Shown here: positions 55,751 to 64,000 of the stretch, one piece after another
Position numbering within the stretch: position 1 is the first letter of the stretch
How the letters are laid out: the number at the start of each line of letters is the position of its first letter
Assembly: GCF_016433145.1 (NCBI RefSeq)
Contig: NC_058131.1
Coordinates: forward strand, 694,701,890-694,765,889
Length of the DNA: 64,000 nucleotides
Source of the DNA: Gracilinanus agilis
Taxonomy: Eukaryota
Reading direction: 5' to 3'
Program-made: the position numbers and the translations under genes
Notes under the pieces: model-generated
What the model was told of the DNA's origin: nothing
The model's input: the letters and a program-made list of their open reading frames with translations, nothing else
Database searches by the model: none

Positions 55751-58700
55751 GAATTCCCCGCAGTGATGATTGCAGAAATTGTGAAACACTTTCAGCCCAA
55801 ACTTGTGGAAATGCACAACTACATCCCGACCAGCAACACCGAGCAAAAGCTGAGCAACTGGAGCACCCTCAACAGGCAGGTGCCGCCTGGCCAGGCTGCT
55901 TCCGGGAGCCGGAATTCAGGCCTCTGGAAACTGGGGCCAAAAGGCTTCTTGACTGCCTGGGGAGGGGGGAGGGGGGGCTCCCTTCCCGGATGTGGCTTGG
56001 ACTTGGTCAGCCTTGAAAACCCGGTGGAGTCCCAAAGGGTTCTCGATTAAAGGGGAAAGTGTAGACACCCATGCCAGAGGACCTCGGGTGGGAGTGGAAG
56101 CCTCGCTGGCTGCCCAGAGGGCTGGAGGTGGAGAACGGGCAGCCTTTTTCAGTGACGCCAGGAACCCACACAGAGATTGTTTCCCGATGCTTGGCAGCAG
56201 TGTAAGCTGCTGCTCTGGAACACTGTGGAGGCTTCTGGCTGACTCTCTGCAGCGCCTCCCCACCCCCACCACGGGCCCAAGGCTTCCTCTGGGACCAGAA
56301 CCTCCGTGTGGGAGGTCACTCGGGGCCTCCAGACATGTTCGAAATTTCAGGACGATTTGGACAACTTCTAGGGCTCTTCCAGCTCTGATCCTTCCTTTAG
56401 GGGAAAGAAGGGACTGCGAGGTCCCCAATTCCCTTCCCCCAAACTGCCTTTGAAGGCTCCGGGAGCTTCTCCCCGGGGCCCTGCTGTGTCGGAGGCAGGT
56501 GGTTTCTCTGGGAAACCAGGACATGCATTTGTGCCAAGACTTCGGAGAGGGCCGGGGCCTCTGGCGGGACCCTGAGACAGGAGAGCCTGGGGAGGCCCGT
56601 TAGTCTCTGAAGTGATGCTTCAGAGCGCCGCACTATTGCCTCTTTAGGGGCCGGGGCGGGAGTGAGCACCTGTCTCCAGACTCTGGGAGGAGGGACGGGA
56701 GGGAGGCCCTTTCCGACATCCCCCTCCCTTCTGGCTTTTCCCCCATCCTGCCTGTACAGCTTGACATCCTCAGCCTTTCCCAGGGCTCCATTGGCTGAGC
56801 TAGCAGGAGGCCACATCTTGGGCCCTTAGGCCGGCCTTTGAAGCCCTCTGGTCTCCCAATTGCTTTTCAGGAAGGTGTTCCCTAAACTACGCTTCTATGT
56901 CTCAGAGGAGGACATTCGGAGGGTCGTCATCAGCACCCCAGGAGCCATCGAGTCTGTGCTGTCTACCCTGAGGCAGAAAGTGGAAGAAAAATGCCAAAAG
57001 AAGGCCACCCAGGAGACCAGGGTAAACACAAAGGTGCATGCCAGCCCCTCAGCCTCATGGGGGTGCTGCTGGGCCTCGCCGTTAGGGAGGTGCCCCTCCC
57101 CACCCCCGTTTGCTTCCCTGAGCAGCGAGGGCCCAGGAGGTGGCAGGAGCTCCGCTTCCATGGATGGGAGGGAGGCTGGTGACTCCCGGCTGTCTCTAGA
57201 TAAAAGAGAGGCTCTGAGGCCCTCCCCAGGCTGCTCCCTCCTCCTTCTCATTCACCTTCCCAGACTATTTTGGCCAAACTTCGTGCCTCCAGGCCTTGGT
57301 GAAGATGATTCCACCCCACCCCCACCCCCACCCACCCCCGTATCTTCTGGTTTGAATTTCAGTTTTAGGGGGTGGCTGGGTGACTCTGAGGATAGAGAGG
57401 CAGGCCTGGAGGCAGAAGGTCCCAGGTTCAAGTGTGGCCCCAGATACTTCCCAGCTGTGTGCCCCTGGGCACGACACTTAATCCCCACTGCCTAGCCCTC
57501 CCGCTCTTCTGCCTTGGAGCGCATACTTGGTACTGATTCTAGGGCAGAAGGTGAGGGTCCTTTTAAAGATCCCCACCTGCTGCAAGAGCCGCACACGAGT
57601 CCTTCTCCTCCTTCTTTGGTCTCTTTGGGTTGCAGACCTGGTAGAGGTTACCCTGGACCCTTTAGGATAAGCACAAAGTTCGAAATTGTCCTCTAGATGG
57701 CTAGACCAGTTCAGGACTCCCCCGGCCCGGCTTTAGTGTCTCTTTGCCCACGTCCCCTCCAGAATTTGTCCTTTTCCTTTTCTGTCATGGGAGCCAATCC
57801 TCTAGGGGGGAGGTGGTTCCTCAGTTGCTTTAATTTGCCTTTCTCCAAACGGTAGGGATTTAAAGCATTCTTGCTGTATGGTTCCTGTGAGTCTTGATAT
57901 CTTTATCCGAAAACTTCTTGTTCTTATCCTTTAACCATTTATCAATTGAAGAATTGCTTTTACTCTTGTCAATTTGACTCCGTTTCCTGCATGTCTGAGA
58001 AATGAGGCCTTTCTCAGGGAATCCTGCTGTGATTCCCTCCCCCCAGCCCCGTTTCCTCTTTTTCTTCACATTTTTAGCAGCATTGGCTTTGTTCGGACAA
58101 AACTTTTAAATTTTATGTAATTACAGTGATCCATTTTATCTCCAGGAAGCCCTGTGGCTTGTGTTTGGTCCTGAACTCTGCCTCGACCCCTAGAGCTTCT
58201 TCTGGGCATCGCCAGTTTGCTTTACGATACCTTCCTTTGCATCTAAATCATCAGCCCATTTGGAGCTTATCTCGGCATGTGGTGTGGCATGTTGGTCTAA
58301 GCCCACTTTCTGCCAGACTCTGCCTTCCAGTTTTCCCAACCTTTGTTGCACGAATTGTATGTGAACCCAGACCGTGCCACTGACCCAGGCCTCTATTCCT
58401 CAGCCAGCTCCACCTTGCCCGGATGATGCAGTGGAATAGAGTAGTTGGAGATCTGCTCCTGCAGCGCCCCCTTCCTGCCTTGCCATTTTTCATTGACCTC
58501 CAGATGGCTTGTGCTACCGTTTCTAGTCATTGGCGGGTGGCGCTCCTGAGGAAACAAGCATGGCTGGTCTTGACACTTCGGTTACGTCGACTCGGCCTTT
58601 CCATGATCAATTCAGCTTTCTCCGTACCATTTCGCATTAGATCTGTCTAAGTCAGCGCCAAGAGTGTTTTGTGATTTTGTTCGTTTAGTTGCTGTCTTGG

Positions 58701-61700
58701 CAGAGAGATCCCCAAGGAGTCTAGGCCGCCGGTGGTGGTTTTAAATGCAATTTCTCTTTTTCTGTCTCTTCCCCCTGCCCCCGATGCCTTGGTGCACATA
58801 GAACACCAACAGGCCCATGTCACGTTTCTCTGCTTTTCGAAGCAGCTGCCGCCTCCTCGGCTCCCCTGGTCCTTCTTGGTGGCAGTCGAGCTAGGTGTGG
58901 GCAGGCCCAGGCACAAGGACCGTGTGTCCACACTCAGAGGTTAGCCAGCCTCGTCTCAAGGTGGGCTGCCGGCCGCCATCTTTGACAAAGGACGAGCGCA
59001 GAGGTGCAGCCCTCTCCCGCTTGCCAGAGCTTACCAAGGACCACCAGAGGAGGTCAGCCGGCTCCTCTGAGAGAAGAAAGAAGCTTTTCTTGGGGAGGAT
59101 GGGGCGAGGCTCACGGGCGACAGGGAGATGGCCGGGCTGCTCAGCTTGTGCTTTGGAGGATGACTTCTGTGTGAGATGTGAGAAGACCGAGATGGTGACC
59201 AGGGACTCGATGGCCAAGATAAGGGGGAGACTCAGAGTGGACCTGATGAGAAAAGGGGGGGGGGGCGAAGCATTTATAAAGCACCCACTACATGCCAGAC
59301 ACTGGGCTAAGCACTTTACAAACATCCCATTTGAGCTTCACAACAACCCTGGGCGGTGGTACCATTATTTTCTCCATTTTACAGTGGAGGAAACTGAGGC
59401 AGGCAGCACCACAGGAACTTGCTCAGGGATGCCCAGCTAGGCAGTATCTGAGTTCAGATTTGAACTGAGGTCCTCCTGACTTCAGGCCCCACATTGGGCA
59501 TTCTGGCACCCCCAGCTGCCTCACTTGCTAATGAAGGCAAGTCCTCTGGGCCAGATAAAGGACACCCTGGGGCCTGAAAGAATTGGCCGATGGGCCTGCT
59601 GAGCTCCTTCCTGGGGCATTTGTATGATCTAGATTCCAGACAATGGGACACGTCCCAGGAGAGGAGGGGGCATGACTGACTCCCAAGCTCAGAAAAAGGC
59701 AAGTCTTTGCTTCCTGGGGATAGGATCGTTGGGGTGATGTCAGGCTCACCTCCCCAGGAGTATAGGCAGGCCATGCCAAGGCTGTCACTGACCTGGTTTG
59801 GGGGGTTAGGGAACCAGTTCTAGAGCAGATTGGCTGGCACGAGGGAGGGAAGCTGCCTGCCTTGCAGCCCTGCCTCTGTGGTTGGCCCCGGGCTCTGTTC
59901 TTGGCTCATCCCTTCACCAAGGGAGAAGGGAATGATGAGCCATCACAAAAGGATCTTGACAAGAAAAAGCACCAGGAGCCATGACAGAGTCCTAGAGATA
60001 TAGCAGCTGTTCCAAAGAAGATCTGGGGGTCTCAGTTGGAGTCAGCAGTGGTCCATGGCATCCAGAAAGCCAGTCCCACTTTGGAAGGGCAGAGCTTCAG
60101 GATGAGGGAAGAGAGAGTCCTTCGCCCCATTCCCTGCTCGGATCAGACCTCATCCAAAGGCTTATGTTCCTCCCCGGACGCTGCGGCAGAAGGACTTTCA
60201 AAATTGGAGGCCAGCCAGGATGGGGAAGGCCCTCTGGGCCCTGGCGTCCAAGGATCTGTTGCCCGGACACAGAGAAGTCTGAGGGGGGACGTGACCCATG
60301 TCTCGGCGTGCTTTAGGGAGTGGTCATGGGAGGAAAGATCAGACCTTTCGTGCCTGGCCCCAGGAGCAGAGCCAGCAGCAATGGGGTGCAGGTGGCCTGG
60401 GAGGCTGGATGTGTCCTCGTCCTCGAGGGAGTTACAGAGGAAGGGCCCCTTCTGTCTCTCGGCCTCCGCCAGTTTGTGGGGTCTGGGGGCCCCTTGGCTC
60501 TCGGTGAGAAGGTCACGTACCACAGCACAGGTCAGGAAGGGGGCCGATGGGCGAGTTCGGCCCAAAGGTCTCATCTGCCTCTGGGGCTTCTCCGAGGGCT
60601 GTGGCTTGTGGTGGCCTCTTCTCCATGGCCCAGCCCTTGAGCATCTCTAGTAAACCCCAGCTGTGGGAGCCCAAGTACCAGCTTGAGGCAGAAGCCCAGC
60701 CCAGCCCCCAGCATTGGTTGTTCTTTTAACTGGCCCTTGTAGACCTTTGGTCTGACTGTGGCCCCTCGCAGGGGTTTCCTGGCAAAGATGCTGGAGCGGC
60801 TCGCACCTCCTCCTCCAGCTCCCGACACAGATGACGTGCCTTCGGGCTGTGCCCGGTTCTGTTTGAGTTCACCTGCACGGTGATGTGTCAGCCTCCCCAG
60901 ACAAAGCAGGGACCCCAAAAGCCACCAGCGCCGCCACATCACAGGCTTTCAGACCCCCTGAGGAGGCTTCTCTCCTGTTGTTCAAGAATGGAATCAGCCA
61001 CAGGGTCTGCCTGCCTGCCTGCCTGCCTTCAAAGAGCTTACCAGCTGCCCATTCCCTCTGTCTTGCCAGGCCTGACTCCTCTGGGGAGAGTCCTGCTGCC
61101 CAGGCCAAAGAGATTCTCTTTTTCCCAGGAGCCCCATCCTGAGGCCTCCCAGCTCCTTCAAGGCTTCTTCAACCTACCTTCTTAGGGAAGACCCTCCATC
61201 CCCACCCCGCCATGGGGCCAAGAGCTATGCGGGCGGCACTGGGAAGCCAAGGGATGTTTTGGCTTTTCCGGCCCTCTTGCTAGGAGTCCTGCTGCTGTGT
61301 ATGTGGCTCTATTGACTTGGGGCCATGGCAGAGCTTGGATCCTCGGTGGGGTGGGTGAACCATGCCTTTGGACCTCAGCTTAGGCCACTTCTGGGCTTTC
61401 CCTTCCAGGTCCTTCTGCTTCTGACCCAAGGCATGGGCCCGCCTCTACCTGTAGGCCAATCTGCATTGAATTGCTGTGCTGGGGGGTCTCAAGGCCTTTT
61501 GTGTGTCTAAGATGTTGCTTTATATACACGTGGCTCTTGGAGCCACCAGAGATCCCAGAGGAAGACTCGGGAGCACCGATGCTCGACCCTGGGAAGCCAC
61601 TGTCCTCTTCCCGTTCATCACTGAATGAACACATACATTCACTGCCAATGTGTGTGCGTCCTTGGGGGCCAGGGAGATGGGGGCTGGGAAATGTTAACTG

Positions 61701-63389
61701 TAGGGCAGGCTTAGTGGCCCATGAAAGGAGGAGAGAGGACTCTGGGAGCTGGCGTGGCAGGAGGCAGGGTGCTGGGTGAATCTTGAGAAGGGAGAACAAG
61801 AGGGAACCCATTCTTCTCTGGACCAAGTGACATGGGCTAGGGTTAGGGTTAGTCCCAGAGGAAGAGAAACTCAAGGGGCCTGTTCTGGAGGCAGGAAGGA
61901 GCCCAGAATGGCTGGAGGGGGAAGGATCTCCTCTGTTAAACGAATGGCCCCACTGCCCTCCTAGAATCCGCTAGTAACAGACAAGCAGAAGAACCAATTC
62001 TAGCGATTTCCACTGGAATGCTGGAAGAAAAATAACTTGTGTTTTGAGTACAGACCATCTACGTGTCTGCCTGTGAGCACATCAGAGATGTGACTCTTCT
62101 TTAAAATCTTTGCAGGATCCCATTGGATTTGACAGTATCAACATCAACAGACACTTGGCGGAACTAGAAAACTCCAAATCTGCTGGTAATATGAAATTGT
62201 CCCTGACTGCTTCTGAGCCAGGGAAAAAGGAATTCTGTCCTATGAGCCTCCAGTCATAGCCATGTGGGTTTGGCAGAGTGTGACGGTTATCCGGGACCTC
62301 TTATCCTGGATTCCTTCCACTGGGTTACCCAGCGGTCCTTGAACCAGTGGGAAGGGGACCACTGGCTGATGGGGAACTCATGCCCTCCTTCCCAGAGTGC
62401 CTTGTGTTTAACCACTTTTGAATGTATGCTCATTCTCTTTCCATTGTGTAAACATAGCTTCTCATGAGAAGGGAAGTGCCTTCAGAGTAAAGGGGTTGTT
62501 GCATTCTTTATTGGGCCACAGAGTGCCCAAAGTGCAAGACTCAAGAGTTAGGAAGGCCCGAGTTTGAATCCTGCCTCTGGTCACTTACTCGCTGGCTGAC
62601 CCTAGACAAGTTAGTTTATGCCCATCTGCCTCAATTTCCTTTTCTCAAAAATGAGGCTAGTGAGAGCAGCTCTGTCCCCAGGGGGTTGGGAAGTTCCGGC
62701 CATGGTCCAGTGCCCAAAGAAGGTGCTTAAGAAATGGGGAATCAGAATCAGAGAAAGCACAAATAGCAGTTGTCGTTCCTGGGGCCCATATGGTGACCCT
62801 GAGAAAGGCTGGGAGGTGCCTCAGACTCTGGAGCGCCCCGAGGGTCTCCATGCTGAGGGCGGAATAGAAGCCATTTTGGTCCTTGCGTGGGGAATGGGGA
62901 GGGGCTGGCTTTGCATCTTTGGGTGAACCTGGAAGTCAATGGTTCAACCCCCAACAGAGACACAAAATGCCACATCCAGAACCCGCATCTCCCAAGAGGT
63001 GGGGATAACCGTAGCCTGACCCTCCTGCCCTTCCTGGTACCCCCCCAAGCCTCTGAATACAGCGGAACAATGCAGCCTTCCTGTTCTCTCTGTGTTAACA
63101 GGGCACTTTTTCTTGCAGACTGTCCGACTACCAGGGTGCCATCAGGCAAGAAAATTCCCAGCCAGAAGGGGGAGGACAGAATCAGTGACTACTCGGGAAG
63201 GTGGAGTATGCCAACCAGGCTGGGTGTCAGAAAGGCTCCCTCTTGGGTGCCCAAGCTGGCTGCTTACACAGATGCCCTCCTTCTAGGCAGGACTCGGGCT
63301 TCGGCCAGTGCCCACACAATGAACCCAACTTCCAGCAGTTACTGGAGGAGAAGGAGCAGGCTCTCACCATGCTACAGGAAACGGTGCAG
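54995..63389 (+). CDS. SPEF1L: Sperm flagellar protein 1-like (N-terminal CH-type domain, C-terminal coiled coil); first 6 coding exons (221 codons), last exon off-window
   Basis: LHHLYAWVDSVPFSRPKRHLARDFSDGVMIAEIVKHFQPKLVEMHNYIP..QKLSNWSTLNRKV and EEKEQALTMLQETVQ parallel SPEF1. Exons join in phase (663 nt). Position next to Adam8 matches my recollection of mouse Spef1l (6430531B16Rik); the symbol should be verified. Confidence 0.85.
55764..55875 (+). CDS. SPEF1L: SPEF1-like exon 2 (GC donor)
   Basis: ccgcag|TG ... AACAG|gcaggt; 112 nt; phase 2 is required to join exon 3. Confidence 0.85.
56871..57021 (+). CDS. SPEF1L: SPEF1-like exon 3
   Basis: tttcag|GAAG ... AGG|gtaaac; KVFPKLRFYVSEEDIRRVV..PGAIESVLSTLRQKVEE. 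Confidence 0.85.
57366..57567 (+). mobile_element. SINE2_Mdo-like SINE
   Basis: Head ggggtggctgggtg, B box ggttcaag, tail ctcttctgccttggag..gaaggtgaggg. Confidence 0.75.
57790..58700 (-). pseudogene. Degraded L1 ORF2 3' fragment
   Basis: FPEKGLISQ..IDKWLKDKNKKFSDKDIK resembles L1 SDKGLISRIY..IKKWAKDMNRHFSKEDI; W..NRGLGQW resembles WYQNRDIDQW. Confidence 0.8.
59272..59490 (-). mobile_element. MIR/MAR-type CORE-SINE
   Basis: ccattttacagtggaggaaactgaggc core; gatttgaactgaggtcctcctgac. Confidence 0.75.
62116..62185 (+). CDS. SPEF1L: SPEF1-like exon 4 (predicted): DPIGFDSINI...SKSA
   Basis: ttgcag|GAT ... GCTG|gtaata; open frame, phase 0 to 1 bridges exons 3 and 5; no strong homology support. 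Confidence 0.6.
62540..62665 (+). mobile_element. MIR fragment
   Basis: gagtttgaatcctgcctctg ... gcctcaatttccttttctcaaaaatgagg. Confidence 0.65.
63119..63200 (+). CDS. SPEF1L: SPEF1-like exon 5 (predicted)
   Basis: tttttcttgcag|AC ... GAAG|gtggag; phase 1 to 2; 86-nt intron to exon 6. Confidence 0.6.
63287..63389 (+). CDS. SPEF1L: SPEF1-like exon 6
   Basis: ttctag|GCAG ... CAG|gtaggg; EPNFQQLLEEKEQALTMLQETVQ resembles SPEF1 DPSFVLQIAEKEQELLASQETVQ. Confidence 0.8.
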
Positions 63390-64000
63390 GTAGGGCCCCT
63401 AGCAGAGATGTGGGGGTCCGGCATTGGGCCAGCCGCCCTCTGCCCCCCATGACATTCGGGGCAACCCGGCCAGCACCCGATGGCTGTTGGGTACCTGTTG
63501 CCTGTGTGCCTGGCACTATGTTGGGAGCTGGAGGCACAAAGACAAAAGGGACACAGGAGCTGACCTGCTGCTGGATGAAACAGCCTGGATGTCCGGGAGT
63601 GGGTAGAGAGGAAATAAGAAGTGAGGTGAGTAGATGAGATGGGAGGGCATTCCCGGCAGGAGCACAGAGGGGCCAAAGATGGGGAAGTGGGAGCAGCGAG
63701 GCTGGCTTCTAAACTGCAGGAGAGGAGACCACAAAAGGGACTGAAATCAAACTGAGGCAAAGTTTCGAGCACAAGTTCTTTGCCTCAGAACAAGGGCTGG
63801 CATCGGGGGAGGGGGCATCCAAGATGGGGAGACAACGCTCTTGGTTCCAGAGTGGGAGGGGATGGCAATCCGATTGTCTGGCGTCACCCCTAGGAGCCTC
63901 ACAGAGATGCCAGAGCAGATCACCTTGAATTAGGCCAATTAAGAGAAACAGAGTCAAACAAACGTGATCAAAGCAGTTACACGAGATGCCGACAAGGAGC

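Noticed and set aside
57022-57495. Open frame continuing 158 codons past SPEF1-like exon 3
   Set aside because: A usable donor exists at 57021, the extension has no homology, and it ends inside a SINE.
53700-64000. miR-202 hairpin, expected near this locus from synteny
   Set aside because: I did not find the mature sequence (TTCCTATGCATATAC...) by eye; it probably lies outside the window.

Overview
Marsupial genomic DNA, probably a didelphid opossum judging by the SINE1_Mdo/SINE2_Mdo-like and MAR1-like SINEs. It is mostly very GC-rich and syntenic with the human 10q26.3 / mouse distal chr7 TUBGCP2-ADAM8 region. Three + strand intron-containing genes were rebuilt exon by exon with consistent reading phases: (1) the 3' 13 coding exons of TUBGCP2 (2218-18058); (2) a complete 24-exon ADAM8 (31165-52799, 834 aa, intact [11 protein letters not shown] zinc site, AATAAA at 53683); (3) the first six coding exons of a SPEF1-like gene (54995-63389, last exon off-window), which needs a GC-AG intron. 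Mobile elements: the 5' part of a young antisense L1 with intact ORF1 (1-2115); an antisense two-LTR non-autonomous ERV in a TUBGCP2 intron (4073-8139); a related CpG-rich LTR plus internal fragment about 2 kb upstream of ADAM8; degraded L1 ORF2 pieces; an RTE/BovB-like fragment; many SINEs. There is one 148-N assembly gap. I found no wholly new multi-gene system. The best leads are the intact SPEF1-like gene (X-box, GC donor), the mosaic ERV LTRs, a CpG-preserved LTR with CRE-like motifs near ADAM8, a strongly GC-shifted L1 fossil, and small duplications that reshape the ADAM8 C-terminus and one splice acceptor. Coordinates and counts were read by eye; comparisons to human, mouse and repeat consensus sequences are from memory, not from database searches.
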